Origin: Eledone cirrhosa
Lineage: Eukaryota
Assembly: GCA_964016885.1 (NCBI GenBank)
Contig: OZ024740.1
Coordinates: 205,468,001-205,532,000, forward strand
Reading direction: 5' to 3'
Length of the DNA stretch: 64,000 nucleotides
Positions 1 through 13,257 of the stretch are shown here, one piece after another. Under the pieces are notes generated by a model. The model ran no database searches, was not told the origin of the DNA, and saw only the letters and a list, made by a program, of their open reading frames with translations. The position numbers and the translations under genes are program-made. Position 1 is the first letter of the stretch; the number at the start of each line of letters is the position of its first letter.

Positions 1-699
1 ATAACCAATCAAATCACGTTTATTTAAAAAAAAGCCTTCATGAACCACCTTTTTTTAAGTAAAGAAATTCAAACACAACACACACACAAGCACACAGATA
101 AACATACATATCTTTACTTTCTTTATTCAATAGAAAATCTGAATTCTGACACCCCAGCGAACTAACCATATTCACTGAACCAGAACAATTCTCCCATCCC
201 TTTCTCTTGACCATTATCTTTCACTTATCATAAAATTCTCTAAAAAGGCTACAGAATGGGTTTCCAAATAAGGGCATGAAAATTTAATGAAAACTTGTTC
301 ATGTGACAGCCATAATTTCATTTATAACCAACCAAAAAAAAGCCTTCGTGAGCCCCTTTTTTCAAGTAAAAAGAAATTCAAACACTCATATATGAAAAAA
401 CAACCTGTGACAATCACCCCACCTCTTATTTGAAGAACTATTGTAACGCAAACTGGCGCGGAATTTATTATAATTATTGACAAACCAATCAAATTACTTC
501 TCGAAAAACCTGGCATTTCGAGCCACTTTTTCCATATAAAACAAGTAACATTCAGAGACCAACCAGATATGAGAAAAACCACAGACCCTCCATCTCAACT
601 CACCTTTTGAAAAGCAGAAGAACTGCGAAACCGGTAAAGGAACCAAATAAATATATATATTTAAAAAAAAAATAAGACTCCGGTTGCATTTTCGATTTC

Positions 700-705
<6 letters not shown>
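1..705 (+). mobile_element. Probable Penelope-type pLTR-like insert with internal direct repeats
   Basis: About 70-bp imperfect direct repeat (1-75 vs 322-385), hammerhead plus AATAAA near its 3' end, terminates in a (TA)n tract. Confidence 0.4.
603..640 (+). ncRNA. Minimal type I hammerhead ribozyme, U3-A8 core variant
   Basis: CCTT-TTGAAAA-GCAG aagaa CTGC-GAAA-CCGG-TA-AAGG: stem I 4 bp, stem II 4 bp, palindromic stem III, AATAAA just downstream. Confidence 0.7.
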
Positions 706-756
<51 letters not shown>

Positions 757-1138
757 TATACATATATATTATATATATGCCCACCTAAATACATTCTTAC
801 ATGAATGTATATTAGGCTTCTACATAAACTGGAAATATTCTCCCAATTTGTAGAAAACTTATAATGAAACAATTGTTTGGAAAGAGAGATGTATTTTAAC
901 TTTAATTATATCTCATAAAATAATACAACTGGCTTTTCCACATAATACATATTGTTAGCACCCCAAACACTTAAATTGGGTTTATATTAAAATATAACCT
1001 AATGTTTGTTGAGTGAGATGGTTACCAGTCAGAGTTTAGCTTTAAACTATCTCTGTTATTGTATTAAATATATATATATATATATATTATACATATATTA
1101 TATATATATATATATATAATATATATATATATTACACA

Positions 1139-1190
<52 letters not shown>

Positions 1191-1217
1191 TATATTACAC
1201 ATATATATATTATACAT

Positions 1218-1248
<31 letters not shown>

Positions 1249-1268
1249 TATATTACACATATATATAT

Positions 1269-1308
<40 letters not shown>

Positions 1309-1407
1309 TTACACATATATATATTATACATATATATATTATATATTATATATATATATATATTATATTATATATATATATATATTATATTATATATATA
1401 TATATAT

Positions 1408-1464
<57 letters not shown>

Positions 1465-1510
1465 TATATATATATTATATATATATATATATATTATATA
1501 TATATATATA

Positions 1511-2490
1511 GTGGACAGCTTCCGCTACCTGGGCGATAAAATTAGCAGTGGGGAGGGTGCTCTGAAAGTACTGTAGCTAGAGTCAGAACTGGTTGGAAAA
1601 AGTTCAGAGAGCTTATACCACTATTAGCTGCTAAAGGGTTCTCACTAAAAATGAAAGGCAGGTTGTACGATGCCTGCATACGAACAGCAATGCTGCATGG
1701 CAGTGAGACCTGGGCATTGTGTGCAGAGGATATACGCAGACTAGAGAGGAACGAAGCTTGCATGCTCCGCTGGATGTGTAACAGTAATATACGTGAACGG
1801 CAAAGCATAAACGAACTAAGGAAAAAATTAGAGATAAGAGGGATCAGATGTTGTTTACTCGAGAGAAGGCTACGTTGGTATGGACACGTGATGCGCATGA
1901 AAGTCGATAGCTGTATAACAAAGTGCAGGGCAATAAAGATAGACGGTAGTCACGGAATAGGCAGACCTAGAAAAACCTGGGACGAGCTGATAAACTCCGA
2001 CATCACACACTTACACCTCTCCAAGACAATGTCACTGGACCGAGACCTTTGGCGGTACTCAGTAACAGAGAAGACCCGCCTTACCTAAATATATAGTAAA
2101 ACCTACTCCAGCCAGTAGGCATCTCTAACAAAATACACCCCGTCCCACCACCACCACCCCCACCCGATCCACACCACCCCGTTCTATGTAAAGTTATGTT
2201 GGTGCCGCGCCATCGAGGCCGAAACAAATGAGATCGTGTAGGTGTCACGACAAAAAAACACACAGTCCACGCTGTAATGTGGCCGTGTAGGCAACACGGT
2301 AAAAACCTCCCAGACCCACACTGTAAATGTGGTTGGTGTTAGGAAGGGCATCCAACTGTAGAAAACCTGCCAGACAGTCCTATGCGAGCAAGACAATCAC
2401 TCTTGCCTCAAGTGGGACTACCCCCGTCCAAACCCATGCAAGCGTGGAACACGGACGTTAAACGTTGATGATGATGATGATGATGATGAT
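1511..2490 (+). mobile_element. RTE-clade LINE (family A), 5'-truncated 3' end
   Basis: ORF 1651-2088 is the RTE C-terminus (GSETW, RRLRWYGHVMR, GRPRKTW); 3' UTR ends GGACGTTAAACG + (GAT)n; flanked by TA tracts. Confidence 0.93.
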
Positions 2491-2504
2491 ATATTATATA
2501 TATA

Positions 2505-2535
<31 letters not shown>

Positions 2536-2610
2536 ATATATATATATATTATATATATATAATATATATATATATATTATATATATTATATATATATATA
2601 TATATTATAC

Positions 2611-2641
<31 letters not shown>

Positions 2642-2754
2642 TATATTATATATATATATTATATATATATATTATATATATTATATTATATATATATATT
2701 ATATATATATATTATATATATATATATTATACATATATATATATTATATTATAT

Positions 2755-3650
2755 ACAGTATTTTCCGTTGTGTTGTAATATAAATATTACACACAGTAGA
2801 TTGACAGCTCACGTAGAGTTTGCTCGATGGTTCCAGTTGTAGTTCCAAAAGTAATCCGGAGAAAAATAGAAAGATTTGAATGGATACAGTTTAGTTGAAA
2901 GGAATTTATTGACACGTGTTTCTATAACAGTTACATAACCTGAAAACAGCTGCTATCTACAAAGTATTAGTTATGCAGACATTCAATATTTCAATGTTAT
3001 TATTTACTGTCATTTCATCAGAATAATATTACTGAGGACCTGTTTGGTTTTTATAGAGAATATTAGGAGGGAGGGGTGAAGTTGTTAGAAGAATAGTTGA
3101 GGGAGTGGTTTTTTGATAGCAGTGAGAATTTTTGGTGGCAGTGAGTAATTAGATTCCCATCTGTTGTTTTGACATTTTTATAGAATATATTATTGGTTAT
3201 TTTTCTAAATCTATAGAAGGATTAGAGATAGTAAAGATATGCATGGTTGGTTTTGTGTTTGCACTTAATTAACATTCAGACTTAAATTTTTCTTTCAAGT
3301 GTATGTATCCTTTCACCCACGCATTCACACACAAACATATTTGCACACCTCTACAAAATACATATACTCACATTCACATAGTAACATGTTCATACTTACA
3401 TACATATATACATGCATACATATATATATACACACATGTATTCATGTACATATGCGTTCATGTGTATACATTTTTATACTCAACTTATCTTTCTCTGGAG
3501 TAGTATTGCGGACGAAGTTTTATGTTCTGTAGTGTATTGTCTACTGTTTTTTTTGTGTTCTTTGTACTTAAGTTTTTAGTGTTTTCGTTTAACCTTCTAG
3601 TATTGATCTTTTTTATGTGTTGTTCAATGTTTAACGCTGTATATGTTTAA
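2755..3650 (-). mobile_element. Penelope-like element 3' remnant / pLTR
   Basis: Minus strand near 3255-3290 reads KSE(M)LIKCKHK with a frameshift, resembling the PLE GIY-YIG C-terminus; hammerhead plus AATAAA downstream. Confidence 0.5.
2906..3026 (-). ncRNA. Type I hammerhead ribozyme with long stem II
   Basis: TTATT-CTGATGA-aATGACAGT...(~75 nt)...ACTGTTATa-GAAA-CACGTG-TC-AATAA. Palindromic stem III; first stem II position is an A.A mismatch. Confidence 0.65.
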
Positions 3651-4094
3651 CACCTCACCAAGACAATGTCACTGGACCGAAACCTTTGGCGGTACTCAGT
3701 AATATAATATATGTATAATATATGTATATATAATATATATATATTATATATATTATATATATAATATATATATATAATATATATGTATATATATATTATA
3801 TATAATACATATATATATATATATGTATATATATATAATATATATGTATATATATATTATATATAATACATATATATATATATATGTATATATATATAAT
3901 ATATATGTATATATATAATATATATGTATATATATATAATATATGTATATATATATTATATATAATATATATATACATATATATTATATATATAATATAT
4001 ATATATTATATATATATACATATATATACATATATATTATATATATATATATATTATATATATATACATATATATTATATATATATATATTAAA

Positions 4095-6619
4095 TATGGT
4101 TACGGTTCAAGAAATGAAGAAGGAGTGAGACTTCTTGAATTTTGTGATGTGGGTACATTGACTATTTGCAACACAAACTTCCAGAAACCTGCCAATCACC
4201 AAATAACCTACAAATCTGGTGAGCATATAAGCCAGATTGACTTCCTACTAGTTAGGCAGCGGGACAGGCAGATAGTGTCTAATACCAAGGCATACCCTGG
4301 GGAAGAATGTACCCCACAGCATAGGTTAGTTGTTAGTGATATCTCAGTAAGCAAGAGATGGGATGAGACATATAGGAAGGTGTGGAGAAGAAAGGTCTGG
4401 AAGCTAAAAGACCTTTCACTAAAATACAAATTTAGGAAAGCGCTTCAAGATGTACATGACGAAAAAGAAGACGATTTAGAGACGTATGACATAGATAATA
4501 ACTGGAATATCTTACGTGACAACTTGCTGCAGGCTACTGATGAAACTTGTGGCTGGAGCAGAGCTCCAACCAGACAGAGAGTGACCTGGTGGTGGAACAG
4601 CACAGTAGATAAGGCTATTAGAGACAAAAGACTAGCATGGAAGGCTTGGAAAAAGGGTGGGAGTAGGGAACAATATACAGCCACTAAGAGAGAAGCTAGA
4701 CGTCAGGTGTACTTAGCACGCAGGGAGGCAGAGAGTAGGAGGTTTGCCAATGTTCTGCGACGGGAAGATAAGAGGCATGCGGTGTTCCACATTGCAAGGC
4801 AGTGTGTCAATGCAAATCAGGATGTTGTTGGTGATAAATGTGTCCGGGATGATGCCGGTGTACTTAGTGTCACGAATGATCAGAAAAAGGAGGCCTGGAA
4901 ATGTCATTATGAGAGACTGATGAATGTGGAGAACGAATGGGAGAGAGAGAAATTACCCTTGGTAGATCCGACAGAGGGACCAGCTATTGAGATTGACGAA
5001 TATAGGGTCCAAGAGGCGATTAGGGAAATGAAAAATGGTAAGGCTGCCAGACCATCGGGAATAGTTGCTGAGATGCTGAAGGCATCAGGGGACGTAGGCA
5101 CTAAACTGGTTGCACGCATCATCAATCAGGCTATATATGGTGGTGTCATACCCAAAGACTGGTGCAGCAGTATTCTCATAAATTGCTACAAGGGTAAAGG
5201 GGATGCTTTGGAGAGGAGCAATTATAGGGGTATAAAACTGATAGATCAGGTTATGAAAGTGGCAGAAAGGATTTTAGCACAACTAATTAGAGAAAGGGTC
5301 AAACTAGATGAGATGCAGTTTGGTTTTGTGCCTGGGAAGAGTACAACAGATGCCCTCTTCTTGGTGAGACAATTGCAAGAGAGGTTCTTAGAGAAGAATA
5401 AGCCACTATACTTAGCCTTTGTTGACCTAGAGAAGGCCTTTGATAGGGTACCCCGATCTGTCATCTGGTGGTCCCTAAGGAAGCTAGGTGTTGAGGAATG
5501 GCTTGTGAGGACAGTGCAAACTTTGTACAGAGGTACTCTCAGTAAAGTCAGGGTAGGAATGGAGTTTAGTGAGAAATTCCAGATACAAGTAGGAGTACAT
5601 CAGGGTTCGGTCCTCAGCCCGCTCTTGTTCATTATGGTCCTCCAAGCCATAACAGAGGAGTTTAAGACTGGCTGTCCATGGGAACTTCTCTATGCTGACG
5701 ATCTGGTTCTTATAGCAGAATCAGTAGAGGAGCTAGAGAATAAATTCTGGCTATGGAAACAGCAGTTGGAAGCTAGAGGACAAAACCCTGATTCCGTCAG
5801 GGAAATGGCCATGTTCGATATGTAGAAAAGGAACTGGCATAAATTCTATAAAATGCACACAATGCAGATCCTGGGTACACAAGAGATGTAGCGGGATAGC
5901 AGGCAAACTAACAGGTAGGGAGAAATATGTATGCAGTCGATGTACAGGGAAATTAGACAGTAGAAGTCGCATTGATAGACACATTTTTCAAATGCAGGAG
6001 GGCGCTATAGAAGTGGTGGATAGCTTTCAGTACCTAGGAGATCAGATTAGCATGGGAGGAGGGTGTTCCGAGGCCATAGTATCTAGAATAAGGATGGGTT
6101 GGAAGAAGTTTAGGGAGCTGCTTCCTCTGTTGACGAAGAAGGGTTTCTCAGTGCGTACGAAAGGCCGGTTGTATGATGCCTGTGTGAGGAGCGCGATGCT
6201 GCATGGTAGTGAGACATGAGCAGCAACTGCAGAGGATATGCGACGGCTGGAGAGAAATGAGGCAAGCATGCTCCGTTGGATGTTCAGTGTAAATGTGCGT
6301 GGACGACCCAGCATAAATGTGTTGAGAGAGAAACTGTGTCTGAGAGGGATAGAATGTAGTGTACGGGAGAGGAGACTGAAGTGGTATGGACATGTGATGC
6401 GCATGGAGGATGACCGATGGGTGAAGAAGTGCCATGAATTGCCAGTTGAAGGAAGACGTGGTAGAGGTAGACCACGAAAAACATGGGCGGAGGTGGTGAG
6501 AACAGACCTCAGATCATTGAAGCTCACGGTGGAGATGACAAGGGACCGTGACAAATGGAGAGATGCTGTGCTGAATAAGACCCGTCCCACCCTTGCAAGC
6601 AGAGAAAAGCGGACGTAAA

Positions 6620-6653
<34 letters not shown>
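4095..6653 (+). mobile_element. RTE-clade LINE (family B), 5'-truncated, defective
   Basis: ORF 4125-5825 carries the APE endonuclease C-terminus (SQIDF) and RT (FVDLEKAFD, GVHQGSVLSP, LYADD). Deletion/frameshift near 5780, PHD-like Cys cluster, in-frame stop at 6217-6219, short tail + (GAT)n. Confidence 0.95.
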
Positions 6654-6654
<1 letters not shown>

Positions 6655-6696
6655 ATTATATATAATATATATATACATATATATTATAGATATATA

Positions 6697-6921
6697 TCAT
6701 CATCATCATCATCATCAACGTTTAACGTCCGTGTTCCACGCTTGCATGGGTTTGGACGGGGGTAGTCCCACTTGAGGCAAGAGTGATTGTCTTGCTCGCA
6801 TAGGACTGTCTGGCAGGTTTTCTACAGTTGGATGCCCTTCCTAACACCAACCACATTTACAGTGTGGGTCTGGGAGGTTTTTACCGTGTTGCCTACACGG
6901 CCACATTACAGCGTGGACTGT
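6697..6921 (-). mobile_element. RTE family A 3' tail fragment
   Basis: Reverse complement of about 2263-2490, including the (ATC)n tail. Confidence 0.9.
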
Positions 6922-7165
6922 ATATTATATATAATATACGGGGTAACAAATAATAGTTATATGCAGTCCACTTAGGTGTAGTCCAGTTATGGTACTCCGG
7001 GTAGTGGATGATATCAACGCTTGGCTAAGTTTGACTCAACAAGGCGTTTCCATAGTGATGCTGCGACTACGCTGTAATACCTATGTTGTAAACACTTGGA
7101 GTAATAATAAATCAGGAAAGAAGAGTGACACGGTTTGCTATACAAAAAAGGTTTTTAATCTCATT

Positions 7166-7271
7166 GCTGACAATTGTTTCTCTGAACTGGTAGGTCTAGA
7201 GATCGCTATTCGCTTATTGTCGCGTTACTCGATCGCCAATACAAAATTATAACCAGTCAGTTCATCGGAGC
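7166..7271 (-). ncRNA. Inverted copy of the Penelope pLTR hammerhead
   Basis: Reverse-complement copy of 9880-9985 that retains the same CCGATGA core. Confidence 0.6.
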
Positions 7272-7346
7272 TTGCGAGAATGAAGAGAATATACAGGCAT
7301 GAAAAGAATATACAGGCTACTATATGTAGTAGTAATGGCATTCAGT

Positions 7347-9047
7347 ATACTAACGAGGCGATGGAATGGTTCAATAAAATACAAAATAGGGAGACGTGTA
7401 ACTTCATACAATTTGATATAGACGACTACTCTGCATCCATATCCCCAGCCACCCTAGATAAAGCGCTTATATTTGCCCAAAATAACTCCGATCTTACCCC
7501 TGAGGAAATTGAAATAATAATAGCAGCTAGAAGGACTATCATAAAATTTGAAAATAGCTACTGGGTAAGAAGAGATAGGATAAACAGCTTCGATATAACA
7601 ATGGGATCAAATGACTCTGCACAAATCACAGACATCGTGGGGCTATTCATAGCACACAACCTACATAAGGAATTCAGTAACCTCCAAGGAGGGATTTATA
7701 GAGACGACACGCTCCTTATAGCTAAGAACTTAAACAACCAGAGCATGGAAAGATTAAGAAAAAGCATTAGAACATTCTTAAAAAAACTAGGCTTAAGTAT
7801 TACCTACGAACTGAACCATAAGAAGGTAAACTTTCTAGATGTGACTCTAAATCTAAATACGGGATTAATAGAACCTTTCCACAAAAATAATGAAAATCTG
7901 GCCTACATTAGTTATAACTCAAACCACCCCAAATCCATAATCAGATCCATAGCACGTAGTATATCCCTTCGAATATCCCACTTATCCTCAAACCTAGAAA
8001 TCTTTAACGAACATGCTAACTATTATAACGCAGCATTACGTAGGGCCGGACATAAAGATAAACTACAGTATATAATGAATAAAGACAACGTAAACAATCC
8101 TAATAGCAACTACACCAACCGCTCACACAATAATAGAAGTAACTGCACTAGACATAGGGTTAGGCACGTAGCACCTAGAGTGAACGGTCAAAACACTAAT
8201 AACGTAAACCCAAGAAACAATAGAAGAATCAGAGAAAGAAAATACCTATGGTTCAACCCAATCTTCAACTCCTCTGTAAAAACTAGACTGCCTTCTACAT
8301 TCTTTAAACTAATAGATAAACACTTCCCTATTTCACATAGATATCATAAAATACTCAATACTATAAAACACTCATACTCTACGGCAGCAAATATAGAATC
8401 GCACATACGCAAGATCAACCACAGAAATATCTCTAGGGAATCAGCCCCACCTATGTGCAACATAGCACCAAATTATAAGCATAAACACATCACAGTATCA
8501 CAACCGCAAGCATATACAAGCGCGCAGCAGCAAAACCCCAACGGGCATGAAACACAACCAACTTATAGCAGAGTATTAAACAGCAGTGTAGATAGAAGCT
8601 GCACGAAATAACACCTCAAACTGTAACTGTCACCTACCGGATAGGTACCCATTGGTGAATAGATGCCTCGATTCGAGCCTAGTGTACATGTTTACGGTCA
8701 ACTCAGACAACTCCACCTGGCATTACATTGGATCCACCGTGGATACTTTTAAAAAAAGATGGTATGTGCACAGGCACTTGATTAAAAATCGTGCACTTAT
8801 GGGTTCTACAACCCTCGCCAAAAAAATATGGGAACTGAAGGTCAACAACACTAGCTACAGTATCAATTGGTCGAGGTTGTCGGCTGCTAAAACCTACAGT
8901 ACAGGTATGTCCCACTGTGGGCTATGTGATCTAGAACTACTGTATATCCTTAAAAATGTAAAAAGGCTACTTAACAACAAGTTAGAAAGATCTATCTTCT
9001 GCAGACACAGGATCGCCACTAAATTCATAAGATTTAAACCTCCGTGA
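7347..9047 (+). pseudogene. Penelope RT + GIY-YIG endonuclease, truncated and frameshifted
   Basis: ORFs 7280-8611 and 8652-9047. The first ~22 codons of the 7280 ORF come from the inverted pLTR; frameshift near 8600 before the CNC motif. Confidence 0.85.
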
Positions 9048-9377
9048 ATCGAACCCACGTAACATAGCTTTCAACTAGGATACCCACTACTCTGCACGAA
9101 TCGCCCCAGAAATATAATCACTAAGTACATTCTAGCCTTCTTAGTTCTATACCACACTAATGTCTCTAAGTACCTCATCAACCCATAAACTTATCTCTTC
9201 TCAGCTGCTGTCATCACTTGATCCTAAATCCAAGAACATTTCAAAATACTACTGCAACAGAACTTTACCTTCCTCTTGCTATAATTATTGTCATCATGTT
9301 TTCTCTTTGTATGTATGTATTTGTATGTGTGTGTGTATATGTATGTGTATATGTTTGTGTGCATGTGTGTGTATATT

Positions 9378-9414
<37 letters not shown>

Positions 9415-9879
9415 CCTCCTTAACCTCTGTATTAACTTGCCCATTATTTAGCTTTGTTAGTGTTGTCTTATACATGTATGTTATTGAGGACGAGAAAGAT
9501 AGACAGCACTCTCATTTAATATAGACCACACAAATCTCACTACAGTGATAAATACTTCATCGGTCAGATAAAAACCGACTATTACGGCCACCTGACCTAC
9601 ATTGTTTAAAACACCAGCTTATCTTTACACTCGATATAATACACCCTACGACAGCTTTTGCATGTCAATTTTATACATCTGCCTCATGTCAGCTAGTTTT
9701 ACAAGCTAAAATCGTAGATATACTATACTTCACACCTAGATTGATGTTGTGATTATTTCAAATAATTTATTGCTAGCATTGTTGATATTGTTGTTATTGT
9801 TCTAACTGAATGTCATTACTACTACATATAGTAGCCTGTATATTCTTTTCATGGCTGTATATTCTCTTCATTTTCGCAA

Positions 9880-9985
9880 GCTCCGATGAACTGACTGGTT
9901 ATAACTTTGTATTGGCGATCGAGTAACGCGAAAATAAGCGGATAGCGATCTCTAGACCTACCAGTTCAGAGAAACAATTGTCAGC
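9880..9985 (+). ncRNA. Hammerhead ribozyme in Penelope 3' pLTR (CCGAUGA core, long stem II)
   Basis: GCT-CCGATGA-aCTGACTGG...CCAGtTCAGa-GAAA-CAATTG-TC-AGC; palindromic stem III. Confidence 0.6.
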
Positions 9986-10160
9986 AATGAGATTAAAAAC
10001 CTTTTTTGTATAGCAAACCTTGTCAATCTTCTTTCCTGATTTATTATATATAATATATATTATATATATATATATATATTATATATATATATATAATATA
10101 TATATACATATATATATATATACATATATATACATACATATATATAATATATATATATAT

Positions 10161-12605
10161 GCAGGAGGAGAGTAACATGGTGGTGGAACAGTAAGGTGGA
10201 GGGGTCAATTAAGGCCAAAAAGCAGGCTTGGAAAGTATGGCGGGATGGGGGAAGTAGAGTAGACTATCAAGTGGCCAGGAGGGAAGCTAGGAGAGAAGTG
10301 TACTTAGCAAGAAGGGAAGCTGAGGAAAGAAAGTTCAAGCATGTTCTACAACGCGATGACCAAAAACGTGAGGTGTTCAGGATTGCCAGGCAATGCGTCA
10401 AGGAAAACCGTGATATTGTCGGGGAGAAGTGTGTACTTAACGATGATGGCATACTTGCCATCACCGACACTGATAAGAAGGTAGCTTGGAAGTGTCACTA
10501 TGAAAGGCTACTAAATGAGGAGAATAAATGGGAGAAAGACAGTCTCCCCCATATCGACCCGATAGAGGGACCAGCAGTGTTAGTCGAGGGGAGTATAATA
10601 AGTAAGGCAATCAAGGATATGAAGACTGGTAAGGCGGCTGGGCCTTCGGAAATAGTTGCTGAGATGCTGAAGGCATCTGGCACGGTGGGACACACCATGG
10701 TCACCCGCATAGTTAACCAAGTCGTACAGAATGGGGTTGTTCCGAAGGACTGGCATAGCAGCATCATCGTTAACTGTTATAAGGGTAAAGGAGACGCCCT
10801 AGATAGGAGTAACTATAGAGGCATTAAATTAATCGACCAGGTCATGAAGGTCACGGAAAAAGTAATAGCGCAACTAATCAGAGAGAGAATTGATCTAGAT
10901 GAAATGCAGTTCGGGTTTGTGTCAGGCAAAAGCACCACAGACGCTCTTTTCATAGTACGACAACTACAGGAGAAGTACCTAGCTAAAGGTAAACCCCTCT
11001 ACTTAGCTTTTGTCGACCTGGAGAAAGCCTTCGACAGAGTCCCCCGCTCCATTATCTGGTGGGCTCTTAGAAAACTAGGCGTTGACGAATGGCTTGTGAG
11101 GGCTATACAAGCCATGTATAAAGAAACAGTCAGCAAGGTTAGAATTAACAACGAATATAGTGAAGAGTTTAGCGTAAAAGTTGGCGTCCATCAGGGCTCT
11201 GTTCTCAGCCCCCTACTATTTATTATTGCCCTTCAGGCTATAACAGAGGAGTTCAAGACAGGCTGCCCATGGGAACTCCTATACGCAGACGGACCTGACA
11301 CTCATAGCGGAATCAATGGCCGAGCTAGAGAAGAAATTCCAAACATGGAAGCACGGCCTAGAGTCAAAAGGACTTAAAATTAACCTGGCTAAGACCAAAG
11401 TTCTAGTTTGTAGGAAAGAAAACAAGGCGGCGGTCCCTTCTGGGAAATGGTCGTGCTCGGTATGTAGGAAAGGCGTAGGTAGAAACTCCATCTTATGTCC
11501 TAAATGCAAAGTATGGGTGCATAAAAGATGTAGTGGGATCACAGGTAAGCTAACTAAGAACATAGACTTTACATGTGGCCGGTGTTCTGGTGCAATAAGT
11601 AGCAGCAAGTGCCCACAAAATACTAGCTCTTTCAATTGCGCAGAGGGTTTTATAGAAATAGTGGACAGCTTCCGTTACCTGGGCGATAAAATCAGCAGTG
11701 GGGGGAGGGTGCTCTGAAAGTACTGTAGCTAGAGTCAGAACTGGTTGGAAAAAGTTCAGAGAGCTTATACCACTATTAGCTGCTAAAGGGTTCTCTCTAA
11801 AAATGAAAGGCAGGTTGTACGATGCCTGCATACGAACAGCAATGTTGCATGGTAGTGAGACCTGGGCATTGTGTGCAGAGGATATACGCAGACTAGAGAG
11901 GAACGAAGCTTGCATGCTCCGCTGGATGTGTAACAGTAATATACGTGAACGGCAAAGCATAAACGAACTAAGGAAAAAATTAGAGATAAGAGGATCAGAT
12001 GTTGTTTACTCGAGAGAAGGCTGCGTTGGTATGGACACGTGATGCGCATGAAAGTCGATAGCTGTATTACAAAGTGCAGGGCAATAAAGATAGACGGTAG
12101 CCACGGAATAGGCAGACCTAGAAAAACATGGATGAGCTGATAAACTCCGACCTCACACACTTACACCTCTCCAAGACAATGTCACTGGACCGTGACCTTT
12201 GGCGGTACTCAGTAACAGAGAAGACCCGCCTTGCCAGTAGGCATCTCTAACAAAATACACCCCTCCCGCCGCCACCCCCACCCCATCCACACCACCCCGT
12301 TCTATGTAAAGTTATGTTGGTGCCGCGCCATCCAGGCCGAAACAAATGAGATCGTGTAGGTGTCACGACAAAAAAACACACAGTCCACGCTGTAATGTGG
12401 CCGTGTAGGCAACACGGTAAAAACCTCCCAGACCCACACTGTAAATGTGGTTGGTGTTAGGAAGGGCATCCAACTGTAGAAAACCTGCCAGACAGTCCTA
12501 TGCGAGCAAGACAATCACTCTTGCCTCAAGTGGGACTACCCCCGTCCAAACCCATGCAAGCGTGGAACACGGACGTTAAACGTTGATGATGATGATGATG
12601 ATGAT
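10161..12605 (+). mobile_element. RTE-clade LINE (family A), 5'-truncated, frameshifted
   Basis: RT ORF 10196-11377, PHD-bearing segment 11316-11717, C-terminus 11698-12230, family A 3' UTR + (GAT)n. Confidence 0.95.
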
Positions 12606-12609
12606 ATAC

Positions 12610-12651
<42 letters not shown>

Positions 12652-13257
12652 AATATATATATACATATATATTATATATATATATATATACATATAGATA
12701 ATATATATATACATATATATAATATATATATATATATAATATACATATATATTATATATATATATATAATATATATATATATTATATATATATATATAAT
12801 ATATATATACATATATATTATATATATATTATATATATATATAATATATATATACATATATATAATATATATATACATATATATAATATATATATATATA
12901 TAATATACATATATATATAATATATATATACATATATATTATATATATATTTTATATATATATAATATATATATAAATATATATAATATATATATACATA
13001 TATATAATATATATATATATATACAATATACATATATATTATATATATATATAATATATATATACATATATATAATATATATATATATATAATATACATA
13101 TATATTATATATATATATATAATATATATATACATATATATTATATATATTATATATATATATAATATATATAACATATATATAATATATATATACATAT
13201 ATATAATATATATATACATATATAATATACATATATATTATATATATATATAATATT

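Larger units (their letters stand above)
6935..10047 (+). mobile_element. Penelope-like retroelement, 5'-truncated, with inverted 5' pLTR
   Basis: RT (EWFNKI, FIQFDI, GGIYRDD, VNFLDVT) in 7347-8611 and a frameshifted GIY-YIG endonuclease (LVY...YIGST, CGLCDLE, CRH) in ~8612-9047. 7103-7346 is an inverted copy of 9805-10047, the classic PLE arrangement. Confidence 0.92.

Noticed and set aside
795-870. AG/GT-bounded minus-strand segment as a possible next CBS exon
   Set aside because: The translation does not resemble the expected ILPxIL..IGxTP continuation of CBS.
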